A stretch of DNA of 64,000 nucleotides from contig NC_043010.1 in the NCBI RefSeq assembly GCF_006345805.1, positions 36,766,001-36,830,000 of the forward strand, written 5' to 3'. The DNA is from Octopus sinensis (taxonomy: Eukaryota). Below are positions 14,990 through 28,037 of the stretch, piece after piece. The translations under genes and the position numbers were made by a program. How positions within the stretch are numbered: the first letter of the stretch is position 1; every line of letters starts with the position of its first letter. The notes under the pieces were generated by a model. That model ran no database searches, was not told the origin of the DNA, and worked only from the letters and a program-made list of their open reading frames with translations.

Positions 14990-16050
14990 TGAAAAAAAAA
15001 ATCTTGCAGAATTCTAGCTCTTTATGTTCAAATCCTGCTGAAGACAACTTTACCTTCCATTCTTTCAGAGCCAATGAAATAGGGTACCAGTCAAGTTGTG
15101 AGGTTGATGGTGTCGACTAAACCTCTCCCTCAAATTCCAGGTATTACACCCATGCTAAAAATTATTCTTATTATCATCTGATGGGATATTAATAAACACT
15201 GGCGGTGAGCTGGCAGAAAAGTTAGCATGCCAGGCGAAATGCTTAGCGGTATTTCATCTACCCTTACATTCGGAGTTCAAATTCCACTGAGATTGACTTT
15301 GCCTTTCATCCTTTCAGGATCAATGAATTAAGTACCAGTTGCATACTGGGGTCAATCTAATCAACTGGCCCCCTCCCCCAAAATTTCGGGCCTTGTGCCT
15401 AAAGTAGAAAAGAATTATTATTATTATTATTATTAAAGTAGTGAGCTGGCAGAGTTGTTAGCAGGCCAAGAAAAATGCTTAGCGGCATTTTGTCCATCTT
15501 CGCTATCTGAGTTCAAATTCCACAGAGATTGACTTCGCCATTCATCCTCTCATGGTCAATAAAATAAATACCAGTTGAGTACTGGAGTTGATGTACTGAC
15601 TTTTCCCCTCGCCTAAAACTGGTGCCATTGAGCCAAAATCTGAAACCATTACTATTATTAATAATAATAATAATATTAGCGCAGTGAGCTGGCACAATTG
15701 TTTGCACATTTGTTTTGGGTGGTGCTTTATATTTTGAGTTTAAATACCACTGAAGTTGACTTTGTCTTTCATCCTTTCAAAGTTGACAAAATAAGACACC
15801 AGTCAAGTACTGGGGCCAATGTAATCAACTAATCCCCTGATCATCAAATTACTACCCTTGTGCCAAAATTTGAGGCAAATCACCATCATCGTTATTGTTG
15901 CTGTAATCTTTATTTTTAAGGCAGTGGGCTGACAGAATTGTTAGTATGCTGGGTAAAAAGCTTAGTGGCATTTCGTCCATCTTTACATTCTGATTTTAAA
16001 TTCAGCCAGGATCAACTTTGCATTTCATCCTTTTGGGCTTGATGAAATTT
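14990..16050 (+). mobile_element. Head-to-tail array of ~5 tRNA-derived SINE family B copies separated by (ATT)n
   Basis: Each unit: ggtgagctggcagaa...gagttcaaattcc (B box)...gcctttcatcctttc...aagtaccag...ggccttgtgcc-(att)n. The central motif resembles the Meta SINE domain as recalled; unverified. Confidence 0.85.
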
Positions 16051-17087
16051 CCTTGACAATGGATTGAACTTGGAACGTTTATTTTTACCAACAGGCAGTG
16101 CTATTCAGAAGAACAATATTATTTAATTACCTACACATTTGTCACCCATGCCAATAACCCCTCCCTGACACATAACTGAGACAAGTTTATAGCAATATCC
16201 ACTTTGCACAAAGCAAACATTGTTAGTGACATACATTTTTTTTTTCTTGTGATGTGAGGCCAGCCAGGAGAGTGAGGAACTGACAGGCTTATCTAGACAT
16301 AGGGGTTTGGATCAATCTTAGTTTCTCCCCCCCACCACCACCTAACCACCCGCTGTTTAAGCGCGATTGTATCTTAGATGCCTTTTCCAGCAAAACTCAA
16401 CCACTTTATGTTGCACTGTTCAGCCACTTTGATTCATAAAGCTGGGGAGGTCATACACTAAGCGAATTTCAATTGTAAACTTGGGGATGAACAACAACTG
16501 GACATTATAAAATATAAAACCATTTTTTCCCCCCCTAAACTTTAAAAATCTCAAATGACAAACTGTGTCTATGAAAGTTAGACTCTAAAGAAGTTACATA
16601 TATAGAACTGTAATGTATTTAGTTAAAATACACAGAAATAAAACATTTCATATTTTATCAATGATTATTATACCATACTTATTTATATAAACTTTTTAAC
16701 ACTTCTACGACCATATTTCTAATGAGATCACACTGCCCATGTGTTTCAATTAATTTTGAAAATAATCAAGAATTTAGAAGGATTTAATAAAATTACTTTT
16801 CACATAATTAAACCAGTGGGAAAACAACTGAATATAATAATGACATGTTTGCACATAAAAATTAGGACAGAAAGTTTTAATTTTAAACATGAAGAGGTTA
16901 ATAAAATGGGTGGTTTTGCATCAAAGAACCAGAAGTGGTCTCTGGCGGGTAGTTATGAAAACAGATAAATAAGATTTCTCAGTTTTTCTTACTTTGTGAT
17001 TACTGGTTTTATTTGGTTTATATTTTAATTTTCGATATTTCTTTCTACTAAGGTAGCACGCTGGCAGAATCGTTAGTATACTAGACA

Positions 17088-17595
17088 AAATGCTTAGCAG
17101 TATTTCCTCTGTCTACACATCCTAAGTTCAAACTCTACCGAGGTTGACTTTGGCCGCTGTCCTTTCAGGGTCGATGTAATCAACTTAAACCCTCCTCAAA
17201 ATTGCTGGCCTTGTACTAAAACTTGAACCTAATATTTCTTTCCACTGTCAGCAATTTCTTAGCTTAAAAGTACAGAGTGCTCAGCTGGAATTTGAGACAT
17301 ACAGGGTTTGATTCTCTGTAGAGGCATGCTGGCCAATCTAAATGCTTAGCAGTATTTCCTCTGTCTACACATTCTAAGTTCAAACTCTACCGAGGTTGAC
17401 TTTGCCTTCTGTCCTTTCAGGGTCGATATAATCAACTTAAACCCTCCTCAAAATTGCTGGCCTTGTGCTAAAACTCGAATCTAATATTTCTTTCCACTGT
17501 CAGCAATCTCTTAGCTTAACAGTACAGAGCGCTCAGCTGGAATTTGAGACATACAGGGTTTGATACTATGTAGTGGCATGCCGGCCAATCTAAAT
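17088..17595 (+). repeat. 252-bp tandem duplication (SINE B body plus ~110 bp of flank), inside a SINE B cluster at ~17050-17830
   Basis: Units start at 17088 and 17340 and differ by scattered substitutions. Confidence 0.9.
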
Positions 17596-18961
17596 AAAGT
17601 GGTGAGCTAGCAGAATTGTTAGCACGTCGGACAAAAATGCTTGGCAGCATTTCATCCATTTTTCCATTTATGCCAAAATTCTGCTACGGTCAACTTATTA
17701 ACCTTTCATCCTTTCAGGGGTTGATAAAAAAGTACCATAGAGGACAAGGTTCAATGTAATCAACTTATCTCCTCTCTCAAACTTGCTGGCCTTGTGCCAA
17801 AATTTGAAACCAATATTTTGTTCAACTATTTTATCCACATATCTTTTCTGTTTTTAGCAATTTTCTTCACTTATACTACATTTCCCACTGTGCTGTTGCA
17901 TTCTCAGAATAATTACACAGATCATAGTGCAATCATTCAGAAAATTACTTTTAAAGCAAGAGGAACAATGAGACATTTTAATTATGATGAACGGGCACGA
18001 GGTTGAATATTCACTGGGTACTTGCTGTGACCATCTCAACCACAACAAACACCAGTTTCTGAATAGCCTTGAATTCAGAGCAAGCGTAGAGTTGATAATA
18101 TTGACTTCATTACTCAAATGGTACTTATTTTATCGATCCTGAAGGACTAAACTGCTATTCAGAAGGTTTAGAGATACATCAATGTACAGCATAGTGGCCC
18201 ATAGTTTCTAGACTGAAAGCCCTTCAGAATAAACAGTTCAGTCAATTTTTGTTGAAGTGTTAAATCTTTCCAAGAACAACAACACACTTGTCCACCACTA
18301 GAGTTCAATGGAATTCAATAATCCATAGATGGCCATGTATACTCTCTGTATATGCTAGACACCCCGATGTTATGTTTGTAATTGGCCAAAGTCCAAACAT
18401 TTTGGAGATCATGTCCAGCAGCTGACAGAAATTTGTTTTATCAATCCAGGAACAGTGAAAGGCAAAGTCAAGCCTGATGAAATTTTGACCCCAAAGAGAT
18501 TTTAACTGAAAGCCTCAGGTGATGTATTTGAATACAGCAAGATGCTTTCAGCAATGCTGTTACCTTTTTGTCCAATCTACCACCATATCTAACAATAATT
18601 ATAATGTCAATAGCACACAAGTATGGTGTCTCATAAAAGAGTAATAGAAAGACAAAGCAAAAGATGAAGGAAACTAGAGAAAGAGAGAGAGAGAGGAAGG
18701 GGGTATAATATTTACTCATTTCCACTGAGAGAATTATGTAAATTAGGTGAGAAACAGTTGAGCTGTTTTTGTTTTGGATATCTTTATACTGTTTTGAAGT
18801 TGGTTAGATCAAAGATTATGATAGTAACACATTGTTTACACAAGAGAGAAGAAAAATAAACAGTGTGTGTGTGTGTATTGGATAGGCAGTGTGGATCAGG
18901 GTAGGGTAAATACAGAACAAAATGGAAGAGATAGTGAGAAGAAGAGAGGCAAGATTGTAGT

Positions 18962-18962
<1 letters not shown>

Positions 18963-19011
<49 letters not shown>
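18963..19011. repeat. (AG)n microsatellite
   Basis: Direct inspection. Confidence 0.95.
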
Positions 19012-19014
<3 letters not shown>

Positions 19015-19039
19015 GGAATAGAAATATGCAAGAAAGTGA

Positions 19040-19260
19040 GAGACAAGAGTGATGAGGGTAAGGTAAATGCAACAAGAGAGTGTCCACAGACAAAGTGAGA
19101 TGAATGCAAGAGGAGTGCATGTGGAGAGAGAACAGGAGGAGCAAAGAGAGGTAGGCCAAGAAGAATGTGCAGCAATGATAAAGATAAAGCAGCAGCTGGC
19201 GTGTGAATAGTCATTGTGTCTGCATTGATGGAGTGCAACTTTCCAAAGAGACAACAGGGA
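19040..19260 (+). mobile_element. RTE LINE 3' fragment
   Basis: Reads GGAKRGRPRRMC, similar to the GxRxRGRPxxxW motif of RTE C-termini. Confidence 0.5.
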
Positions 19261-22200
19261 GAGTCATGTGAACAGAAGTAGGTGGTATGCAGGAGTTCAG
19301 GTTATTTATTGCTGTCAGCTCTAATCTAGCAGCCCTATGATCAAAGGTGTCCCAGCTGTGATCTTTCTATTTTATGTTATTTTCTTTTTCAGACAGTATA
19401 TCTAGGATTACATAATGAGATGTGTCCATTTCGTCAAAACAGGCGAAAAGGAGTGGTTGGGGATAAAATTTGACCATTATTTCTAATATGGTCAGACAAC
19501 TACAAGGAAGCTCTCTTATCATTAGCTCTGAGACTCCAGCATTATTTGTATTTTAGTTTATCCATCAAATCTATGACAATAAAATAAACTAAAAAAAAGC
19601 ATTATAGCTATTTGTTGTTCAGTCAGTTTACCAAGAACTACATTAAGTAAACTTTCCTTCTTTTGTTAAAACATCAGAGCATGATTTGAAAAGAGTTATG
19701 GCTGTGATTTCCAGCAGCTCAAAACAACCGTATGGAGGTACTCTTGCTGGTGCTGAGAAGCTCTAAATGCGAGATGATAAGATAACAGCAAATCAATGAC
19801 ACAGTGCAAGTTCAATTCTCAGTGAAACCATCTGACTTTAACATCTAGTTTTCATAGCTGCGATTAAAGCCATAATACAAACAGCTAGGAGATAAACTAG
19901 TTCAACCATCATGTCTCACCTGTGACAACCAGACATGAGCAAGAGGGGCAGTACACTTTCACAAAGGTATATTAGTAAGCTAAAGACGCTAAGATGAGAC
20001 ACAATGGCCTACTTGCCACCATGTACAGATCACACAAAGGCAGGTTGCATAGACAGACTTACTTTCCTTATTTTAATGCATTATATCCAGCCAGCTGTTG
20101 GCTTCTGCCAGAACAATTGCTCGGTTTTGGATTATGTGTGTGTACAGTGGGGCTTCCTTATTTATCATTAAATACTGAATAGAACAAAACCATTGGGAAA
20201 CTCTTTTCATAACTATATAAACACACATCTGTGTGGTGTGCAATGTCTATTGGTGTGGTGTGTGCATGCATGCACACAAACACACACACTAACTTAAAAC
20301 CAGCAGGATCAAGACATGCCTAATGCCCCATTTTCTTTTTGTTTTCATCTTCATAAATGGAGGCAGTGTTTTGTTACTGAAGTGTGTATATTAAACTGAC
20401 ATATGCACCAACAATAACAAAAAAACTCATCTCTGTATCATATTTAATGTATATATACACTGCTGACAGACATGATGCTGTGATTTTGTGAGAGAGAAAA
20501 TCTCTTCAGAGACATGCTGTGTTAAAAACACAATATATACCAGAGCTTAATGATCATCATCCCAGCAATGACCCATGAAAACCTCATGTTTTGGCTTCTT
20601 TGAACCTTGTGAATGGCATGCATTTGGTAGTCTACAGGTCTACTTGAAATCTGTCCCCTCCAATGTATCAGAAACTGAAGAATAAAACACTCTTGGTTCA
20701 CCTAAAACAAGCATTAGTAACTGGCTGCTGGTGTATTTGGTGACAGTCTTGGTGTCTACAGAGATGGTGTGTTTGGCTAATTCATCAGAAAGGAGAAGAC
20801 AGCCAGCTAACGATTCTGCCAGTGCATTGCCTTAAGGTATAATAGTAATAATAATCAACACATAACAAGCTGATACGATAAAATAACATTAAGCTATTGA
20901 AATGTTGAAAATCTTTAACCCAACAAGAACAACTTTCATCTGTAGTAGAACTTTTTTTCTATTTTACTTTCTCGTCATATATATATATATATATATATAT
21001 TGCTTTCTTTCATTTCTCTTATTTTTTAATGAGAAAGTAATTCTCTCCTCATGTTTACACATACAACCTCTTTTGTGCCTGAGCTAACAATGTCACATTC
21101 ACCTTACCAATCAACTGTATATAGTCGTTTTACCACAAGTTCCACCACCATCACCACTCAACCTGGCCTAACCCATATATCGATCCACTGTATCAGCACT
21201 CCTTCTCTCTTTCTCTCAATTGCTCACCCACAAGCTCCTTTCACCACATTGCAGGACAATTTCTCCCTGCCCTTTTATTATGCTTAACTGTAGAATACAC
21301 AACAGCTGTTACACAATGTGACATGATTCATAAGGTTAATTTATGTATTTTCAATTGGAAATGAAGAGAGTAAAAAGAAAAAAAAAATAGAAAAAAAGTA
21401 TTTTCCACTTCTTTTTTTTCCTTCAATATTAATACAAATGAGTTTGCATGCAAACTGAAGATTTTGTTTAAGAAAGTAGCAGAAAGAAAATAACAAGAAC
21501 ATAAAAACAATGAAATAATACAAAATGAGATTTTAAATTTAATATCTTCCACTCATGGAGACCTTATTACCAAGCACTCGTGCACTCTTTTCTTTAACCT
21601 GAAAGAAATACATGTGTTGACAAAAAAGACTCACCAAGGGGATAAGCAAACGTAGCAAATACCCAAACGAAATAATGCACAGGGAACTTAAAACAACAAA
21701 AACAAATAATTTTTGCTCATCATCGCCATAATTTTTAACGTCCAATTTTCCATGCTTCCAAGGGTCAGATGGAATTCAGTGGAGCAGGTTTTCTATAGAA
21801 GGATCCCTTTCCCATCACCAACATTCACTTGTTTCAAAACCAGTTGATATTTTCCTATCGCCAGACATATTTCCACAGATGACCAAAAGATGAACACTGC
21901 TTGCATGACAGTGACTCTTGTTTACAACCATTGTAGAATGTCAAAACAAGAAGAAACAACATCCTCACCACATACACACAACCCTCTCTACACATGGCAA
22001 GCTTCTTTCAGTTTCTTTCTTACAATTACATTTCGACAATGTACAGGTAGTATTATACTAAGGGTGTTTCACTAAAAACAGATGAAGCTTTGAGAATGAC
22101 AAAAAGCCTTGCAACAACTTAAACAGTGTACCACTAGTTATATCTTTACGTGTTGCCAGTCCCCACTTGTTTCTAAAAAAAAGTAATATATTCCCATAGC

Positions 22201-24803
22201 TTGACATGATTCTCACATGTGATTGGAACAAACAACCTTACGTGCATGACAATAATGCTCATTCACAACCATCACAAGATGTCCTGAAAAGGTACACACA
22301 CGAGCTTCTTTCAATTTCCATTTATCAGATCCATCGGCAAGGTGCAGTGCAGCAGGACTGAACTCAAGACCACATGGTTGGAAAGCAAGCATCTCAACCA
22401 CTTATACTATCTCTCTCTCTCTGATACACACAGTAATATTTATCATACCAAAGTTCTTCATATCATCAAGTTATTTTTAGGGAAATACTTCCCCACCTCT
22501 TTGTCAGATGCACATATTAGCTGTAACTTGTATGTTTACTTTATAATAGTTGATACACTCACATACACACACACATATATAGTGTAGGGCATTTTAAAAA
22601 ACTAATTCAGAGCAAACACCAATAAAATAGTTGCAATAATTATGCCAGGGAATGCTCATGACATAATAATAAAGCACAAACTAAGCTACAAGAAAGAAAT
22701 ATATAAAATAAAAATTCTGAAAATAGTAATACAATTGAAATTAAACACACACACACACATCTTACAAGAAGGAGAAACCACTTATGGTTTGTTGATGATA
22801 AAGTTGAAAACAATATCATTTATAACCAAGAAGACTACCGATGATCAGCAATGGTAAAAATCTAGTCAATAATAGAAAATGGGACATGATAGAGTGCTGC
22901 AAGAAAAGAGAATATCTTTCATTAGAGGCTAGTGGATGGCCTAGACCCATTTTGCAAATAGAGAGAGATACGTCTTTTCTTCAAGTCACATGAACAAACC
23001 ACATTTGTGAAAGATAAAGTAGCTAAATCCACTTCAAATCATAACTCACTGTCTTATAAAAGGGAAGATCACATTAAATAATGTGATGCACTATGTCTGA
23101 ACAAAAAAATGAGATGGTCATGGCTGGAATGCCTTCATTAATGTCTGCTCGTGTCATGACAAGAATGCTTACTACATCAGGATTGGCATGAGGCTAACCA
23201 ATAACTTTTGAACATATACAGAAGTGTGTCAGAGAATTAGTTTTCTTTAGAGATATTTTTATTCTTTATTCTACAACAACATAATTGAAGTGCTACACTA
23301 CAAATTACATACCTAATCATCAAAAATTCAGAACCTACTACCACAGCCATTGGGTTAAACCTCCAAGCCAGGCACCTTACACTGCCTCAGTTTGCCTGGC
23401 CGTCAAACTGGTTCCATCCCAAAATCATTGTGAAGAGTTTACACAAGACTTAGAGTGAATAGCACCTATTATTGCAGCCATAGGCAAAGCACATGATTCT
23501 GCTTCATAACCAGCTGACAAACAGGTCCTACCTAATCCTACTTCACAGACAGATGCATGACTCATAAGTGAACCATATTACAGCAACCATTCTGTTATGA
23601 AATTTATCAAGTTTCACAATTCTGACTAGGAAGAACACAAACATGTCTTGATTAATGTTATTATTATTATTATTTTTTAAGTATAGCCATCCAAATCACA
23701 TGCTATCTTGGAGACAGAAAGAAAAAAAGGGCATTTCCAAAGAAATTAACAAAGGCCTTCAAAACTTCAAACGAATTTCTGTTATACTGGAATGTAGTGG
23801 GTGTTGGGAAGGATTAATATTTTGTTAAAGTTGTTGTTGTTGTTATTATTAGCACAAAACATGCCACCAAAATCAACATGTCCACCTACACATACCACAT
23901 TTAAAAAAAAAACAATATTCATAAATTCTCTGCAAACTCTTACCATCTTGCTATCATTACAACTGATTTTACAAAGCAAATTTCAATTATGTCGACTTAT
24001 CACTGTTATGATAGAGAAGCCCATTTATAGCAATTCGCTTTATTAAAATTTCCTACATTATATTTAAAATGAAAAAAAAAAACAAAAACAAAAGATAAAA
24101 TGAACTGAGCTGATTTAAAGACTTTGGTATGTGCTTCATCCACAATAGAGCTGTTAGTGATATGAAGTACATCCAGCTGTAACAATAGTGAAAACTGAGA
24201 CATGAAGGCAGGAAAGTAGATGCAACACACATCAAGGCTATACATCAAGGATAGTAACTTTGAATGAAAATTGAAATAGAGGGTAGAGCGAAACTCTTTA
24301 GTCATGCTGTATGAAACCTCTCAAAAGTTGATGGCACAACATACTGTCCCACTGTATACTGTATAGTTGTTGGTGATAGGAAAAGCATCTAGTTACAGGA
24401 ACCATGTCAAAAATGGAACTATGAAAGAGGGAGAGACTCTGCAAGCCTCATTGAAGGCAGTAACTACAAACAACAACTAATTAATATAGAGGAGGTCACG
24501 TCAGTCCAGTTGCAGACAATCATTCTAGTGATCGTGGCACACAATATCATGCACCCAGTCCACACTGCAGGACATGCACAACAGATCTGGCTACTTGTTC
24601 TCTGTTGTTGTTCTGCATGCATAATTCTGTGTGCCAGGTAACGGTGACAAGAAGAAGAAAAATAAACCGTGGTGAATAGTAACAACTGCCAGCATCGAAA
24701 AATGGAGAATGATGCGTGCCAGTGTTCATGGGTGCATGCAGGTTTCAACTGCTTAACACTATGTGTATGCACAAATTTATATTCAAATGTTTGTTGTCTT
24801 TAA

Positions 24804-25013
24804 CCCTTTAGCATTTAAACAGGTCATATCCAGCCCCAAATAGTCTGTTTTATGTTTAAATCTGACCTCTCATACCTACCCTACAATAACATTCTAGAAA
24901 CAAAGCCATCTCATAACTGAAATCTTGAAGGTATGAGACTATGTATGATTAATTCAAAGCAGGACAAATCAATAAGCATTACATTTGACAGAGTGATTTG
25001 AATTGCTAAAGGG
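24804..25013 (-). mobile_element. piggyBac-like MITE family 1, complete (210 bp)
   Basis: TTAA|CCCTTTAGCA...TGCTAAAGGG|TTAA. Confidence 0.85.
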
Positions 25014-25366
25014 TTAAACGTTGTGGAAATACTATCAAACGAATTAATAATGGGAATCATCTGCACCACAAAAATTCGTCAACAAATATATTGCATTAAG
25101 TAACACATTTTCATCACTGAACCACAGCTAAAATGTAATAAATAAAATAAGGAAAGAAAGAGAAAAAACTGTTTCTTTTTGAAACAAGTCAGTCAGTTAA
25201 AGAAAAATAAAGAAAGAAGAAAAAAATCACCAAAACAGAGGAAGATGGAAAAGAAAAATTACAACGGCAACATAAAACTGAGAAATGCAGGGGAAAAAAA
25301 TTAAACAACAAAATGAAATGGTTAGCTTTGATGATTACTGAAGAGCTTATAACTGTTCCAACTTAC

Positions 25367-25375
25367 AAAATAAAT
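25367..25375 (-). CDS. CtBP: Candidate 9-nt CtBP microexon D (ATTTATTTT, phase 1-1; adds D-L-F)
   Basis: Context gtgctgattggtgcttgttgctcag|ATTTATTTT|GTAAGT, with three TGC motifs next to the 3' splice site and a long pyrimidine tract further upstream. In frame. No transcript evidence available. Confidence 0.5.
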
Positions 25376-25812
25376 CTGAGCAACAAGCACCAATCAGCAC
25401 AACAGTTTATTGTCCAAAGGTGGGACAAGAGGAGAGACAGAGAAAGAAAAATAAGGAGACAGAAATATATATATATATTTATATATAGACACAAACGGAA
25501 ATGGTTTATTGTTTTTTGTTTCGGATTTTTTTTTTTTTTATAAAAGAAGAAGAAAAAGAAAAGGAGAGAGAGAAGGGCATCAGAGACGTTAGAAAATGAG
25601 AGAAAGGAGACAGGAATAAGGTACTAATACATATATCGAAACAAAAAGAAATTAAAATAGAGTGTAAGAAATATAGAAACAGGGGTTATTAAACAGAATA
25701 TAAAAAGAGACAGGGTGGGGGCAAGAAAAAGATAGAATAAATAAAGAGCAGCACAATAGATAGAGCAAAGGCATTTTTTGATTTTAATAATGTAAACAAA
25801 TGACGAACATAC

Positions 25813-25863
25813 CCATATTATATGGCATTATGGACTTTCCGTTCAATGAGGCGTTCCAGTTAT
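25813..25863 (-). CDS. CtBP: CtBP cassette exon A (51 nt, phase 1-1): xNWNASLNGKSIMPYNM
   Basis: ttgcttttgcttgaactttttag|...ATGG|GTATGT. Open only in phase 1. Clear peptide paralogy with the exon at 34841-34879. Confidence 0.8.
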
Positions 25864-26379
25864 CTAAAAAGTTCAAGCAAAAGCAAATATGTACCCATTT
25901 CTCTTAAACCAATAATCAAATATATTTTTAAAACGGTTTCATTGTTTTTTTTCTGTCAGTTTGTATTATTATCATTTATTTATTTATGCAATACTTTGTG
26001 AAGAAACCACACCGGAGACTGACATAACACAACCAGGAAAAGAGGGGGAAAAGCGGGAAAAAAAAATTAAACCGGAAATAAGAGTGCAAACAAGTATGAA
26101 TTCAAAGATAATTTCTTACAACGGTATTCCAGTTAGGTTTGTTGTTGTTGCTGTTCTCTTGTTGCTTGCAATTTACACAATAAATGTAAATATTTTATAC
26201 AATAAATAAACTAAATATTTAGTTTATTTACACAAATGAAATATGTCTATGACAAGGCCCAAGTTGTTACATCTAGCCATATACGAATGCAATAAAATTT
26301 GAACACACACACACACACACACACTGTAGGCCACATTGTTTTCTTTTAAATTATTGTAGATTCCTATGAGAAATATCAC

Positions 26380-26690
26380 ATCAATGGATTAGCAAGTGTA
26401 TTTGGCTTCTGATTGCAAGGTCATGAGTTCAATTCCTGGTAGCGCATTGTATCCATGAGAACACTTTTATTTTGTGTTGCTCCAGTCCACTAAGCCAGTA
26501 AAAGCAAGTAGTACCAGTATTTCCAAAAGGCCAAACTGTCACATTCTATGTCACACTGAATCTCTCTGAGAACTACTCTAAGGGTTTGCGTGTCTGTGGA
26601 GGGCTTAGCCACTCGCACGTTAATTTCATGAGCAGACTGTTCCATTGATCGGATCAACTGGAACCCTCATCGTTGAAACCAAACAAGTGC
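26380..26690 (+). mobile_element. tRNA-derived SINE family C
   Basis: Head ...gagttcaattcc..., then gttgctccagtccact. Reverse remnants at ~340-440, ~33940-34110, ~57630-57750 and ~62480-62620. Confidence 0.6.
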
Positions 26691-27527
26691 ATCTGCACAG
26701 TTTCTGACAACCAAGTTTCACTGACACGGTTTTGACCAGCCTGAGGCTACGGAGAAAATGGTTAAAGTGTCACCATCCAGTGCAATGGAATCCAGAACAA
26801 AGTATTGCAAAGCACATGACCATACTTATACTCAAAAACTAAGTGACACCATCACTTCAGTCCAGCTATGAAGGCCAAAAAATAACAGAAACTTGCCACA
26901 AGGCAAGTGCATAGCAGGGGAGATCTTCAGAGGAAGAACTCCCATCTGACAAGTGTTTTGTCCCTTATACCTGACACTCTATAAGAACAAGGCCCACCCA
27001 GGTCATGACTCCTAAGTGTCCTCCTGCTGCTTTCTAAAATCCTGTCTCCAGCAGGATTTGAACCTGGATCATTTTTTTGTTCTTAGCTCTATGTTTCAGC
27101 CCACCAGACCACTCTGACTGACAAAGGAACCAGTATTCCCCCTTCCTTCTATTCTTGTAAATAACCAATGGAAATTCATAACTAAGTCTGTTGGTCATTC
27201 CTCTTCATCTATATCCACATTGAGGTCTTTTCAGCAACATCAGACAGAGAAAAAGGTGAGGGCAAAACAGATCACACACACACACACCTGTATAGAACTT
27301 TGTGTTTAGAATATCCCAATAAAAAAGGAAAAGTTTGGGAGAGAGAGACAGAGAGAGAGAGAGAGAGTATATATTTCAGACTGGATAGTATCAATAACTT
27401 TGAAATTGGTAAACAGAAATAAATTAAGGCACAGGTGTTATGATGTGTGTAGGAGAATTTTCATTAAAAATATTAGAGCATATGGATATTTTGCAATATA
27501 TTTTTTTATTACTAAGAGGCACAGAAG

Positions 27528-27565
<38 letters not shown>

Positions 27566-27991
27566 TATGAGATACATAATTGCACAAAGAATAGAGAGAG
27601 AGAGATAAGACAGAAATACAAAAAGATAGAGATGTGAAGGTGCATGTGTGGGTATAAATGTAGAGAGAGAGGGTGGCGGGGGAGAGAAACAGATAACTGG
27701 GAGGTACTTTCAGACCCCAATATTAGAGAGAGAGGGGGGGAGTAAACATCGAAGAAGCCTTAAGGAAACAAGACCAGGTGTTTTGGGAAAAAAAAATTTT
27801 AATTGTATAACCAGCCTTAAAAAACAGTGCAGCACATTGCTAAAATGCAGCAGAAGATGCACTAAACACTATCTGTTGCGATTAAAAGAACTATATTCCA
27901 ATTAAGCTGTTTTTCAAGATTATATCTTCAGCTCAAAACTGCAAAACTCAATTATTTTATAAAAAGATTAAAATATAAAAAGAAGCAACTG

Positions 27992-28005
27992 TAATAATAA
28001 TAATG

Positions 28006-28037
<32 letters not shown>
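27992..28037. repeat. (AAT)n microsatellite
   Basis: Direct inspection. Confidence 0.95.

Noticed and set aside
18816-19254. Long ORF-track entries with SLSLSL, IYIYIY, THTHTH or CVCVCV runs (here and elsewhere)
   Set aside because: Translations of microsatellites and repeats, not genes.
22242-22283. 42-nt in-frame candidate exon (ttttcag|...|gtaagg) reading HLVMVVNEHYCHA, superficially like the VMVNHY junction
   Set aside because: It aligns with the body of the SINE A variant at ~8210-8290 and abuts a SINE head, so it is repeat-derived. It would also create TGA after microexon D.
23943-23961. Strong donor ATG|GTAAGA with a possible 19-nt exon
   Set aside because: Wrong phase for the downstream exon, stops in the other frames, weak acceptor.
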